Of a stretch of DNA of 64,000 bases, positions 1 to 16,634 are shown piece by piece; position 1 is the stretch's first letter, and each line of letters starts with the position of its first letter. The notes below the pieces were generated by a model. It was not told where the DNA came from and did no database searches. It saw nothing but the letters and a program-made list of their open reading frames with translations. Origin of the DNA: the human T2T-CHM13v2.0 reference genome, Homo sapiens; the NCBI RefSeq assembly GCF_009914755.1, contig NC_060934.1; one strand, given 5' to 3'. The translations under genes and the position numbers were made by a program.

Positions 1-67
1 CAAAAACTCGGTAACTTTGTTTTTCCATAAGAAATTTCTTTCTCCAGTTTAATTATGCAGCCTTAGG

Positions 68-198
68 GATAAAAGACTACATATTGGGTACAGGGTACAC
101 TGCTCCGGTGATGGGTACACCAAAATCTCAGAAATCACCACTAAGAACTTATTCATGCACAAAAATAAATAAATAAGCAAGCAAGCAAGCAAGCAAGC
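68..198 (+). mobile_element. L1 3'-end fragment with A-rich tail decaying to (AAGC)6
   Basis: actacatattgggtacag...gtgatgggtacaccaaaatctcagaaatcaccactaa is typical of primate L1 3' ends. Confidence 0.75.
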
Positions 199-861
199 AG
201 TCTTTAGGGTTGAAAATGGATACAGCTCATACTCTTAAGTAATAAGAATCCAGTCATCACCTGTACTTAGTGAGTGGCGCGGTCTAACCTAAAGGAATCA
301 AGCCAGGTTTGCAGGACCTTAAGGAAAAAAACAGCATATTGATTTTAGCTATGTCTTACCTTAGTATGCTTTTTAAAATTTCTTGGTGTATCTGGGTCCA
401 ACTCTTTACATCCAGCATTAGAATCAGCAGTATTATCTTCCTGGCCAAGCTTATTGGTTATCTTTTGTTAAAACGGGTCTTGGTCATAAAAACAAAAAAA
501 TTTTTAATAAAATAAAAACAAATAAAAACAAGTCTTGATCAGAGAATGCAGCCCCCATCCTGGGCTTGTGGTCAGGGACCCTTATCCTTAGCGGATATTC
601 CAGAAACAGGGTATGGAATGACCCCCAGATTTAAGGGCTTAATATTCTAATCATTACTAGAAATAAAATATAGTCGAGATACCCTGCCATCCTATGAGTC
701 TGATGATAGAGGTTAAGGATTCTTTTCTTTCCTCTTGGGATTCCGTCTTCTTCGTTTACGTATGACTAAAATTACAAGTGCAGAGTTTAGAAAGTGGTAT
801 GTCATATGACCTCAAACCATCTGAATGTGAATCCTCTAAAGCTGGTGTTGACCTGGCACAG

Positions 862-972
862 GAATACCCCAGAAGAGCCTGTCTTGCTCTGAGGAGTTCA
901 AGGAACTGATGGACCTGCCGACGTGTGGAGCCAGGAACTTAAAACAACATTTAGCCAAAGCCACAGCTTCAG
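862..972 (+). CDS. MCM10: MCM10 internal coding exon (GIPQKSLSCSEEFKELMDLPTCGARNLKQHLAKATAS)
   Basis: cag| acceptor at 859-861, |gt donor at 973; 111 nt, phase 1-1; translation matches human MCM10 as I recall it. Confidence 0.96.
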
Positions 973-1057
973 GTACCATCAGCTGCATGGCCACACGTGT
1001 GTCCCTGTGTTCCCTCAGCCTCCCAGGGCACCCCCTCAGTCTGGGCTTCTGTTTCAG

Positions 1058-1175
1058 GGATTATGGGGAGCCCAAAACCAGCCATCAAGTCCATCTCGGC
1101 CTCAGCACTCTTGAAGCAACAGAAGCAGCGGATGTTGGAGATGAGGAGAAGGAAATCAGAAGAAATACAGAAGCG
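1058..1175 (+). CDS. MCM10: MCM10 coding exon (GIMGSPKPAIKSISASALLKQQKQRMLEMRRRKSEEIQKR)
   Basis: tttcag| acceptor, |gtaag donor; follows an 85-nt intron; frame continuous with previous exon. Confidence 0.96.
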
Positions 1176-1421
1176 GTAAGAGGAGCAGATTTAATATTCC
1201 CCGCTTGGGTCATCCATCTCAGGCGTCCTCAGAACGTCTTCATCGATTTCCAGAATGTGACTTCAGGTTTCGGTTGGCTGCGTTTTAACTCTGAAAGTTT
1301 AAAATAGTTTTCCCATAACCTGAATAGCATTTAAGGCTGTATTATTTCTTACACTGGTGACTCCCAACACCAAATGGTACAGGTTAGAGTCGTTATCACC
1401 ATGGAAAAGGGAAAGGAGTGA

Positions 1422-1802
<381 letters not shown>

Positions 1803-2689
1803 TAGAATACAGTTCTTTGGATAAAGGACAAAACTGAAGCACTAAAAATGGAGAGTCATTTTAGAGGCAAAAGCAAGTGGAAATGTGTTACTTGGCTTCA
1901 GCCAATAATTAAAAAAAAAAAAAATCAAGTGGAAATGCATAGGGTAGGTGGACAAATGAATGATTCCTGAACTCAGGTCACCTGAATACTAATGAGAGCT
2001 GCGGTTCACAGGCACTTCATACGTACTCCATAAACACAGTATCTGAGCCTCCGGAGGCTTCTCAGCCTTGTTTTACTAATAGTGTGCCTGGAGATCAGAG
2101 AGCTAGTTTATGGTGGGGCCGAGTTTTGGGCTCACACATGTTGTGCTCTGGTGCTGAACCTTTTGCCATCCCGAATCTGGGCTGCTGAAAGGCAACCACA
2201 TCCATGAAAGGGAGTCAATGATAAGACAAGAGGAAATTCTTTGGGAAAGTAAGAGAATGGGTTTGGTCTCAGGCAGATTAGTTTGAAGTGCCGGTGGGAT
2301 ATCTATAGAGCTATTCATCTTGAGCCTACAGATGACATAAATTATATACGTGGACACAGAAATATGTATGGAGTTGGGGGCCTCGTGGGAAATAGAGAAT
2401 GCCCATCAGCTTGAAGGCATTGCGTAATGAAAATTTTCAGAATTTTGTTGGCCAAGGAAACCTTATCTTTGCGTAGGATTTGATAGGCAGTTTGCAAACA
2501 CAGCCTAGAGCTTGCAAGAGTGGCTGTGCGGTTGGGAAGAGTACTGCTCTGGGATGGCCTGGCTCTAATCCTGAGTCTGGCCCTTGTGAGTAATGTGATC
2601 CTAGGCCTCAGTTTCTTCATCGATCAAATGAGAAGTTTGGACTAGATGATTTCTGGGGTTTGCTATTTGTTTTTAAATATCTCTTATGA

Positions 2690-3232
<543 letters not shown>

Positions 3233-3647
3233 TCACATGTATTGTCTCTTCCCAGTAGCATAAACAAAGATGCAGGGAGGTGCAATGAGTTCCTACAGGC
3301 CCTAGAGCTGACGGTAGGGGTGGGAATACAGTTCACACCGCGTCTTCAGCTGTGTTCCTTGTGGATGACATCCACTGGACAGCCAATTGATAAAAACAGT
3401 TATCAGTTCTAAAGTGTTAGGACAATTACAGCTTATTCAAAGAAAACTCAATTAAGGAGGAGTTAGTAAAGCTAGTATTGTTCTTATCGTGTGCAAATTT
3501 GAATTACCAGCCTAGAAGGGGACATTATTTTGCTAACAACTAGCTCCCAACTGGTGGCCTGCCTGCCGCCTCCCAGTCCACTTTGAGTTCTAGAGTTTTT
3601 ATTTTCGTAAACCCTGTTTGCATATTTTGACTGTATGTTCTTTAAAG

Positions 3648-3876
3648 ATTTCTGCAGAGCTCAAGTGAAGTTGAGAGCCCAGCTGTGCCATCTTCATCAA
3701 GACAGCCCCCTGCTCAGCCTCCACGGACAGGATCCGAGTTCCCCAGGCTGGAGGGAGCCCCGGCCACAATGACGCCCAAGCTGGGGCGAGGTGTCTTGGA
3801 AGGAGATGATGTTCTCTTTTATGATGAGTCACCACCACCAAGACCAAAACTGAGTGCTTTAGCAGAAGCCAAAAAG
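3648..3876 (+). CDS. MCM10: MCM10 coding exon (FLQSSSEVESPAVP...PPPRPKLSALAEAKK)
   Basis: taaag| acceptor, |gtaact donor; 229 nt, phase 2-0; overlaps ORF 3685-3900. Confidence 0.96.
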
Positions 3877-4159
3877 GTAACTGGCATCTCTTCTCTTTAG
3901 CACTTGAGTTTGCATTCTGTAGAGCAGAGCTGGAGGAAAGACAGACACCTAATAGCTCTTTATTGATCGTGATCATTAGAGTCAGTGTAATTTGAAAACA
4001 TGGTAGTGTCAACATAATACTAAAAGAAAGTTAGATCTGTTATCTCAACACTTTTTCTTGTCAGGCTACAAGAGGTAGCCTAGAGGAAGATAGTGTTTTA
4101 TAACCAGAGGCATTGACAGTAGGAAAACAATGCTTGGAATTGTTGAGGTGAGACTGTAA

Positions 4160-4793
<634 letters not shown>

Positions 4794-4920
4794 AGAATCC
4801 TTTAAAAGAAATCTTACACAAAAGTCCAGTCCCATGACAGGTGAAAGCTGAGTTGCTGCGGCTGAAGTAGGGGTAGGGCACCCAGAGCCCCACCTGCCCA
4901 CTTCCTGAGTGCCCCAATCG

Positions 4921-4970
4921 AGCCTCTCTCTTCCCTTAAGTTAGCAGCTGCAGCCAAATGAAGGGCAAAG
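4921..4970 (+). pseudogene. Degenerate copy of the acceptor and 5' end of the MCM10 6206 exon
   Basis: pyrimidine tract + AG, then TTAGCAGCTGCAGCCAAATGAAGGGCAAA vs TTAGCTGCTATCACCAAATTAAGGGCAAA (23/29 identical). Confidence 0.6.
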
Positions 4971-5089
4971 CTTGCTGTATGCCAAAACCTTACCTATAAT
5001 AATAACAACAGGAATACCTACAATAACCATGGCACATGTCCATATTACTCAGTACTTGTGATATGTGTGTGCCATGTATTTACTATGTT

Positions 5090-5803
<714 letters not shown>

Positions 5804-6205
5804 CATTTCCATTTTATACTTGAAAAATTAAGTAATTTTCCTTGGGTTACAAGCTAGTCCGTGGCAGAGCTGGCTGGAACTTTATCTTAATTCTCTCTGA
5901 TTCTAAAACTTCCAAAATGGTGATGTGGCTCCTTTATGGATCTGGAAGCCTGCAGTCTTGCTGATGTCAAACTTGTTATATTTAAATAAACTAAGATTTT
6001 ATTCATCAACATATAGACCTGTCTCCCATGCTATTATATTCTAGTAATTGTGTTAATAATACTAAGTAAAATTAAGATATGTTCTGCCAATTTCTGTCAG
6101 AGAACAGCCAGAATTCACTGGTTACTAATAAAAAAGGGATCCAGGTCTATAAGTGCCTCTGTCATCTTTTAGATCTTTACCTCCCTCTCATTCCCTTTTT
6201 TCTAG

Positions 6206-6779
<574 letters not shown>

Positions 6780-7270
6780 TGGAACTGATTTTTTTATAAT
6801 TACATTAAATTGGAATGAAATTGGGCACAATTTGAATACTTGGGAATAGGATTGCTCATTGGATCTTTGTACATATATATATTAGCATAAAGATTTACTT
6901 TGACAGAACTAGAATTCCTTTGTTTTAAATTGCCATATCTTTATTTTTAAAACTCTGAAGTTGGCAATATCATTTTAACATAATTGTCAACATTATTTAC
7001 ACTGTTGTTATCTGTTACTATCGTCAGCTGCCTATTTGAAGGTGAAAAAGAGATTCTATTTAGTGGTAAAATCTGCCACCACCCCACATTCTAGGCTCAG
7101 CTTCTTGGCTCACCTCTGAGAGCTTTTCCCTGCTGGGACCAGCGGGGGTAGGTCAAGTTTGAAGGGCTGGTAGGCAGAGGAGGAGGGAGTGGGAGGGAGT
7201 AGAGTTGATGAGGCGCACTGGCTTTCTGAAATTTCTTGGTCGCTGCTAATGTTTGTTCCTTGTGCCCTAG

Positions 7271-7389
7271 CTGAGGATGAATTGGAGCCTGCCAGGAAAA
7301 AAAGGAGAGAACAACTTGCCTATCTGGAATCTGAGGAATTTCAGAAAATCCTAAAAGCAAAATCAAAACACACAGGCATCCTGAAAGAG
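7271..7389 (+). CDS. MCM10: MCM10 coding exon (AEDELEPARKKRREQLAYLESEEFQKILKAKSKHTGILKE)
   Basis: ccctag| acceptor, |gtaaga donor; 119 nt, phase 1-0. Confidence 0.96.
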
Positions 7390-7421
7390 GTAAGAGCCCA
7401 AAAGCTCAAGGATGGTGTTGA

Positions 7422-7782
<361 letters not shown>

Positions 7783-9444
7783 CAAGAATCTGTTTTTTAC
7801 ATAAATCTAAAAGTAGGTATATGTCAGTTTGTTTGAGTTTGCTTTGAAGAACAGGAGAATTTCTAATAAATTTTAGCTTTGTCCTTGTCTCTTTACTGAA
7901 GAATATCATTTGATTTAACATGACTTAAATAGATATCAATATTATAAAAATGTTTGCATTTGGTTATGGCTGTGAAATTATGTTTAAATGGCTCTACACT
8001 GCTGCTATTTTCTGCCTTGCAATATGCAAAAAGAGTTTTCCCATTCCAGTATTTTTATATTGGCATTTCAAATGCTCTAAATCAGTAGTTAACCCCATCA
8101 CACCCAAGGACCCTTTTTAATAACAAGTATTTTGTATTGCTTCCTTATCTTGAAATAAAATTCATAGATAATATGAATTACCTATACTAGTCATTTCGAA
8201 AAAAATCAATAAATATCCTAATGCAAATAAGAAAAAATGAAAAGATTTGTGATAAAGATACAGATTTCATTATGGATTCATAAATGCAGAGGCAGAACTA
8301 GCTTAGGGGAAATAATCAAGTCATCAGAGGCTTGGACTTATCAGTGTAAATGAGCCAGAAATGGAGGCTCACATAGGTTTGTGTCTTGGTAAATAGCATG
8401 GACCTATTTCTTTGATAATGTAGGGGTTTTGTCAGGGGTTGGAGGGGTGTTCAGACAGGGTCTCCGTATGTTCCCCAAGCTGGTCTTGAACTCCTGGGCT
8501 CAAGCAATTCTCATACCTCAGCCTCCTGAGTAGCTAGGACTAGATAATGTACTTTTGGTGGGGGTTGGGGAGGTTTTGTTTTTTTTGAGACAAGGTCTTT
8601 TTCTGTCCCCCATCAGGGCTCACTGCAGCCTCGAACTCCTGGGCTCAAGTGATGTTCCCACCTCAGCCTCCCAAGTAGCTGGGACTACAGGCGCATCACC
8701 ATGACTGGCTAATTTTTTTTTTTAGAGACAGGGTTTATCTAGTTTTACTCTTGGAATGGTCAACATAGGTTAAAACCATGCACAAATATTGTAGGGTTGT
8801 GTAGAAAGCAGTTAGATTCTAGGGTTTAATCAGGTTCCCCATCCACACAGATGTCTCATAGAGCACACAGAAGCCAGGCAGGATGAGAAGCAATCCTTGG
8901 TTGTGTCGGTGACTGTCACATGCATTGCAGACAGTGCAGCACCCCGGTCCCTGCCAGCCACAGAGGTAGCAATCATTGCAATGAAAAGGAAAGTGCTCCC
9001 ACCAATTTTCAAAATATCCCCATTCAGTATCACTACTCTGAATGATCTGTTCTTCCTTTGATTAACAAATAACTAATGAGACAGTTCTGCATCATATCTT
9101 TTCACTGGACTTGAAACTCAGGAGAGATGCCAGAGCTGACTGCAGGCTGCAGAGCTGAGCTCCTCGCCTCTGTGGAACCCTTGGCCCCAGGCCCTCCTGT
9201 CTGTGGAGCAGCACTAATCCCATCGCTGCACCCACATTCTGCCACAAGCATCTCTGCCCTCAGGGCTGTTCCCTGATGTCCCGTGCACCCAGGAAACTCA
9301 CCAGTGGGGGCCTGGAATACCTTGTGTATGTGGAGTCTGTATTAGAACAGTAGAAATAACTGCCTTTGGGCACACACTTGACATACTGATACTGTCATGT
9401 TAGGAGTGTTTATTTGTATTTGGTGCTTTAAAAGTCACCAAATG

Positions 9445-9750
9445 GGCCAGGTGCGGTGGCTCATGCCTGTAATCCTAGCACTTTGGGAGGCCAAGGCAGG
9501 CAGATCACCTGAGGTCAGGTGTTTGAGACCAGCCTAGCCAACAGGGTGAAACCCCATCTCTACTGAAAATCCAAAAATTTAGCTGGGCATGTGGCGGGCA
9601 CCTGTAGTCCCTACTACTCAGGAGGCTGGTGCAGGAGAATCACTTGAACCCAGGAGGTAGAGGTTGCAGTAAGGTAGAGATTGCACCACTGCACTCTAGC
9701 CTAGGTTACAGCGAGACTCCATCTCAAAAATAAAATAAAATAAAAATAAA
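9445..9750 (+). mobile_element. Alu (AluS-like)
   Basis: Alu consensus; TSD aaa(g/a)tcaccaaatg. Confidence 0.9.
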
Positions 9751-10002
9751 AATCACCAAATGCTCTCATGTCCCTTTGTTTTTGCATATTAAGAGCTCGT
9801 TTCTATGCATCATCATCTTTTGCTTTGCAGCTCATGAGGTGCTGTCCAGGGCCCTCTCACACTTAGCCTGCCTCTTCCATTCTGTTCTGTTTTGATTATT
9901 ATCAGCTGAGTCATTTGAATAATCATCGAGTTACTCTTACTGTGCTGCCTGAGTGCATACTGGATTTAGTACCAGGTCTTTCATTATGCCCTGTCATTCC
10001 AG

Positions 10003-10116
10003 GCCGAGGCTGAGATGCAGGAGCGCTACTTTGAGCCACTGGTGAAAAAAGAACAAATGGAAGAAAAGATGAGAAACATCAGAGAAGTGAAGTGCCGTGT
10101 CGTGACATGCAAGACG
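10003..10116 (+). CDS. MCM10: MCM10 coding exon (AEAEMQERYFEPLVKKEQMEEKMRNIREVKCRVVTCKT)
   Basis: ttccag| acceptor, |gtgggt donor; 114 nt, phase 0-0. Confidence 0.96.
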
Positions 10117-10659
10117 GTGGGTGAAGGTGGGGGCTGCAGCAACCCATGGGCCCTGTGTGGTGCTTTTGTGACTCGGCAGCATGTGGAGAACCTGTGGGAT
10201 CTGGGGCCCTATCTCGTGATGTGTCAGTTAATTAGGCTGGAAAGCAAAGGGCGCAGGTGGCCCAGGACCCGGCTTCCTGCCTGACCTGGCTGCTGTGCTC
10301 TGCTGATGGAGTGTTTGTCGAGGGGATTCTTCTCTCATTTGACCACAGCCCCCAGTTTGGATGGGTCCTAACATCTCTTGCCCTGGACCACTGGGTCCGC
10401 GTGGCTCTGACTGCTCTTTCTCAGGTTTTGGCGTATCCTCGCTCAGCGTTCTCAGGCCTTGGGACCGTGGTTGAACCCCTTGGCCTCTCCTGTTATGATC
10501 CACCACTGCTTTCCTACTCCTGGCTCAATCTGCTCTGTTGAGTCTCAAGCCAGAGTGTGGATTAGATCATCATCTGTGTTTGCAGAATTTTTATCATAAA
10601 TCTGTTAGAAAATTCTAAGTCCTCTATTCTTCAACACTGATTAAAAATGGGAAGAAAGG

Positions 10660-10950
<291 letters not shown>

Positions 10951-11344
10951 GACAAGAAAGAAGAAAGCTCTTGCTGAACACTGTTCCTTCCATTACCATT
11001 TGTTCCCACTATCCCTGTGTGGCAAATCAGCCTACTTAATAAACATGCAGAAGAGGTGGAAGTGGCATAGCTTACCAAGTGCACTTTTCTCTGTCTTATT
11101 CCTTTTAACACTTTAGCTCTCCTATGCATTTGGGGGTCAGCTCCAAATCAGCTACCACCAAAAGTAGGGCTTCCTTGAGAAAGTTTCTGTCTTGGGGCAT
11201 AAGTAAAGATGATTCTTTTAAACGTAATCTTTGGAAGATTATGTGTCTTTGGAAGACAGGAAACACAAACCCACCATTGCATTTCACCCTAGATGACAGC
11301 TCTTACTCTGACACAGCGGTGGACCTGCAGGCGGACTTAGTGGG

Positions 11345-12130
<786 letters not shown>

Positions 12131-12800
12131 GGGCTCACCACTCTGCTCTGCACTTTCTGAGGTTGTCCAAGTGTCGAGTTATTGATCAAGCTCAGTGTAA
12201 TTCCCGGAAGTTACATCGCTCTCTACTGCACATGTTTTGCTACTCACCCACCCCTTCTCATTCTCCTCGGTCCTTCTGAGGATCGGAATTAAAAGTGAAT
12301 TCCTCAATCTCTCTGTCTTGGCTTTGCTGCTAATAGGGAGTAAGAATAAGCCTATATCCTTTTTATAGATCATAGAAGAGAATGAAAGAGCTGCTGATCA
12401 GTCTAAATAGATCCCAAGCCTCAGCATCCTATATAAGCAAGGGGCCGTAATGACTCTAGCACAGACTGACCGAAGCTATTTAGGGGTTTACAGTACGTTT
12501 CCTCTCCTGCCCTTGCTGTTGTCATCATGGAACGTGTTACACAATAACAGAAAGTTATTGTGTACTTTGTGCCTGATCAGAAATTGGGACAAACGTGAGA
12601 AACGGTGGTATCAGTGTGAGGGAGTCGGGCAATCACACGGGTCCCTGTAGCAAGAGGCGAAGGTGGCCCAGTCCCCTAGCAAGGGCCCAGGTAGTGATGA
12701 GAGACCAGGTGGTCATGGAGCAGATTGCCCTTACTGCAGCTGAGCATTTGTCCTCAAAGGCTCTTCACCGGCGGTGTGGGTTTTTTGTTGCTCTGTGCAG

Positions 12801-12946
12801 TGCGCCTATACCCACTTCAAGCTGCTGGAGACCTGCGTCAGTGAGCAGCATGAATACCACTGGCATGATGGTGTGAAGAGGTTTTTCAAATGTCCCTGTG
12901 GAAACAGAAGCATCTCCTTGGACAGACTCCCGAACAAGCACTGCAG
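12801..12946 (+). CDS. MCM10: MCM10 coding exon, C-terminal zinc-binding region (CAYTHFKLLETCVSEQHEYHWHDGVKRFFKCPCGNRSISLDRLPNKHC)
   Basis: gtgcag| acceptor, |gtatga donor; 146 nt, phase 0-2; Cys/His pattern of the MCM10 CTD CCCH and CCCC zinc motifs. Confidence 0.96.
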
Positions 12947-13336
12947 GTATGAGAATCACCTGGAGCTCTTTGTCCCACGTGGGGATTTTCATCTCTTTTT
13001 CCAGAGTCTGTGATTCTGTTCCCTTGGAACGTTGGATGATCATTCCATGCCTTCCTATAGCTCCAGGCTACCCTTGGGACTCAAGCTGTTAACTGAAATC
13101 CCTGGAAGGAAGGGACCCTGCCCTTTCACTGCTGTCCCCAACACCTAATATAGTGCCTGGCCCATAAGGGGTCCTCAGAAGTGTTTGTTGAATAAATAAG
13201 TGAAGAATCATAGGGTGAGGTGGTAAACATGTGTGTGTTTGTTGGGGGCTAGGATGCACATAATATTTTTTTCCTCTCTCCAAAGAGTTATTTGATCATT
13301 TTAAATGTCTTTAGCTTGTGAGGACTCTGCTGTTCT

Positions 13337-14350
13337 TCAGTATCCAAGGGGCATTGGTCCCAGGACAGCACTCTTCCCCACAGGATACCAAAATCTGTGG
13401 ATGCTCAAGTCTCTGATATAAAATAGTGTCATATTTGCATATAACATGCACACATCCTTCCATATACTTTAAATCATCTCTAGATTACTTATAATACCTA
13501 ATACAATGTAAGTGCTGCAAATAGTTGTTATATTGTTTTTTATTGTATTTTTTATTGTGCTTCTCATGTATGTGTATATATATATATATTAATTTGTATA
13601 AATTTAAGGGGCACAAGTGCAATTTTGTTACCTGGATAGTTTGTGTAATAGTAAAGTCGGGGCTTTTAGTGTAGCCATCACCTGAAATAATGTACATTGT
13701 ACCCATTAAGTAATTTCTCCTCCCTCGCCCCCTCCCACCCTTCGGTGTCTATTATTCCGCCTTCTGTGTCCTTGCATACACATGTTAGCTTCCATTTGTA
13801 AGTGGGTACATGCAGTATTTGGCTTTCTGTTTCTGAGTTTTTTCACTTAGGATAATGGCCTCCAGTTCCATCCATGTTGCTGTAAAAGACATGACTTCAT
13901 TCTTTGATATGGCTGAGCAGTATTCCATTGTGTTTATGTACCACATTTTCTTTATCCAGTCATCTCTTGATGGGCATTTAGGTTGATTCCACGTCTTTGC
14001 TATTTTGACTAGTACTGTGATAAACATACATGTGCAGAAATCAGTGTACTGATTTCTTGTTCTTTGGGTAGATACCCAGTAGTGGGATTGCTGGATTGAA
14101 TGGTAGTTTTATTTTTAGTTCTTTGAGAAATCTTCATATGTTTTCTGTATGAGGTTGTGCTAATTTGCATTCCCACCAGTGTGAGCATTCCCTTTTCACC
14201 ACATCCACGCCAGCATCTGGTTATTTTTTGCCTTTTTAATAATAGCCATTCTTACTGGTATAAGATGATAACTCTGATGATGAGTGTTTTTCCGAATACT
14301 TTGGACCCACGGATGGGATGCTTGAACCCACAGGTGTGGTAGGCTGACTG
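13337..14350. mobile_element. MER2 (TcMar-Tigger) split by an antisense L1 3' fragment (~13590-14275)
   Basis: ggataccaaaatctgtggatgctcaagtc...aaatcatctctagattacttataataccta MER2 motif; L1 ORF2 C-terminus in ORF 13785-14027(-); MER2 resumes at ~14283. Confidence 0.8.
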
Positions 14351-15334
14351 TGTGTGTTGTAAGTGTCTTTTGTTTCTCTTTTTACTTTTGGGGGCAACAT
14401 CAGATACGGAGGCAGAGCTGCCGTGTTTGACAGTCAAGGAACATCCTTCACATAGAATACGACGATGGCACCTCTGGAGCTGGGTTAAGGAACCCTCCCT
14501 GGTGCAGCATGTTGCCGTCGCAGGTCCATCCAGTGCCCTCCCTGTTTCATTCACGTGCTCTTCGTACCCATTCTCCCTCCATCCTATCCCTTCGCACCAT
14601 CCTCTGCCATTCTCCAATGGTTGCTGTGATCCTCTTGTTAATTTTCTTGTGAACGTGTACTGCTTGCTCTGCAGCCGTTTTTATTTCACATAGGTGGTAC
14701 AGAATTCTGTCTCATTTGATTTTGTTTCTCACTCGGCTCTGTGTTTGTAGGATGCGTCTGTGCTCGCTATGTTCCTCGGCTTCCTAACTGATGACAGTGC
14801 CCAAGGCAGCACCCATCACATTTCGCCCACGGGCACCCTATACCCTCCCCACACAGGTCCCCTGGCCTCAGCCCCTCAGTGCTTTCACCACAATGAGTTC
14901 TTATTCTTGTCAAGAGCTCTCACTGGGATAGTATCACTGCCTTTTTGTGTGCTTGCTTATTTTCATTTGTTGTTCACTTCCTGGAGTTCATACTTCACTC
15001 TCACTTCAGATTCTCCAGGGTCGATCCAGAGATCTGAGGGAGGGAGCCAGGAAGCCGGGCTAGTTCATCACTTTACCAGGAGCTGGCTTGCCAATTTTTC
15101 ACAATCTAGATTATAATTTTTAAGTAGTTATTTATATATTGATACTTGACTTTTTTCCAAACTAGATGACTAAACATGTCATTATAGCAAGAGCTTATGG
15201 AAAACGTTAGAAAAATTAAAAAAAATTCTGTTTATTAAGTACAGGGCACAAATGGAAGGGCATGATGCCTTTCAGCCTCCAGATGGCACTGTGATTGTAA
15301 GAACCATGTTTTTTCTGGACTTTTTGTCAGTTGC

Positions 15335-15640
15335 TTTTTTTTTTTTTCCTTCTTTTTTTGAGACAGGGTCTCACTCTGTCATCCAGGCAGGAGTGCAGTG
15401 CCATGATCATAGCCCATTGCAGCCTTGAACTCATGGGCTCAAGCGATCCTTCTGCTTCTGCCTCCTGAGTAGCTGGGACTACAGGTGTGCACCACTACAC
15501 CCAGCTAATTTTTTTAATTTACTTTTTTTTATAGAGACAAGGTCTCACTATGTTGTCCAGGCTGGTTTCAAACTCCTGGGCTCAAGTGGGCTCAGCTGCC
15601 CAAAGTGCTGGGATTGCAGGCCTGAGCCACCATGCTTGGC
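15335..15640 (-). mobile_element. Alu (AluJ-like)
   Basis: Alu consensus. Confidence 0.9.
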
Positions 15641-15654
15641 TAGTTCTTGATCTA

Positions 15655-15872
15655 GAACAGAAGGCAGCACACATTGCCTGTAAAATGTCAGTGGTGAATA
15701 TATTAGGCTTTGTGGGCCAGATGATCCGTCACAACCACACGGCTCTGCTGGTGCAGCCTGAAAGCAACCATAGATAATACACAGGCAACTGGGCACGGCT
15801 GTGTTCAAATAAAACTTTATTTATAAAAACTGGTGATGTGCTGGATTGGGGTTGTAGTTTGCTGACTCCTAA
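15655..15872. mobile_element. MER58A-like hAT-Charlie MITE
   Basis: ttaggctttgtgggcca...gggcacggctgtgttcaaataaaactttattt motifs. Confidence 0.8.
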
Positions 15873-16037
15873 CTAGAATAGTGATTTTTTTTTTCTCACA
15901 ATTTTATCATTGATCTACATATAGGCTACCAGAGTTCTCTTCATTGATACTGAACCAGTCTCTAGAGGTGGAAGGTGATGGTTGGGAGGTTGTAAGGGCT
16001 AAGGCCACTGGCGTGCCACCTTTCAGGGCAGAAATTG

Positions 16038-16394
16038 TGATATGGTTTGGCTGTGTCCCCACCCAGATCTCATCTTGAATGGTAGCTCCCATAATTCCCA
16101 CAAGTTGAGAGAGGGACTCAGTGGGAGGTAATTGAATCATGGGGCAGGTCTTTCCCGGGCTGTTCTCATGAAAACAAATAAGTCTCATGAGATCTGATGG
16201 TTTTATAAAGGAGAGTTCCCTGCACACACTGTCTTGCCTGCCGCCATGTAAGACATGCCTTTGCTCTTCCTTCGTCTTCCACCATGATTGTGAGGCCTCC
16301 CCAGCCATGTGGAACTGAGTCCATTAAACTTCTTTCCTTTATAAATTACCCAGTCTTGGGTATGTCTTTACTAGCAGCATGAGAACAGACTAAT
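16038..16394 (+). mobile_element. THE1-type MaLR solo LTR
   Basis: begins tgatatggtttggctgtgtccccacc; ends ...gagaacagactaat. Confidence 0.9.
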
Positions 16395-16634
16395 GAGAAC
16401 GAGTAGACTCTAAGCTAGGTAAGGGGAAGGGGAGACAGGCAGAGCATCCCCACCCCACCCCAACCCTCTGAAATCCAAGTAAGCAGGCAGACATACTTCC
16501 TTAGCTTTATTATATGTCTTCTCTCTTTCTCTTTTTCCCAGAGTAAACTTCATAGGAAATAAGTTTTCACCATAGTGTTCACATCCCTTCTCAGGGTGGA
16601 AGTCACCCACCATTTTAAAAACGAGAGCAAGAAG

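Noticed and set aside
488-535. A-rich tract with several AATAAA as intronic poly(A) site or insertion
   Set aside because: Low-complexity A-rich sequence generates the hexamer by chance; flank similarity is too degenerate to call a TSD.
909-1307. 132-aa ORF as an independent gene
   Set aside because: It is an MCM10 exon read through a short intron into an out-of-frame exon.
12428-12445. TATA/CArG-like cctatataag as an internal MCM10 promoter
   Set aside because: Single short motif with no CpG island or other support; expected by chance.
13785-14027. 80-aa ORF resembling a real protein (KTWNQPKCPS...WIKKMWYI)
   Set aside because: C-terminal remnant of L1 ORF2p in a truncated element.
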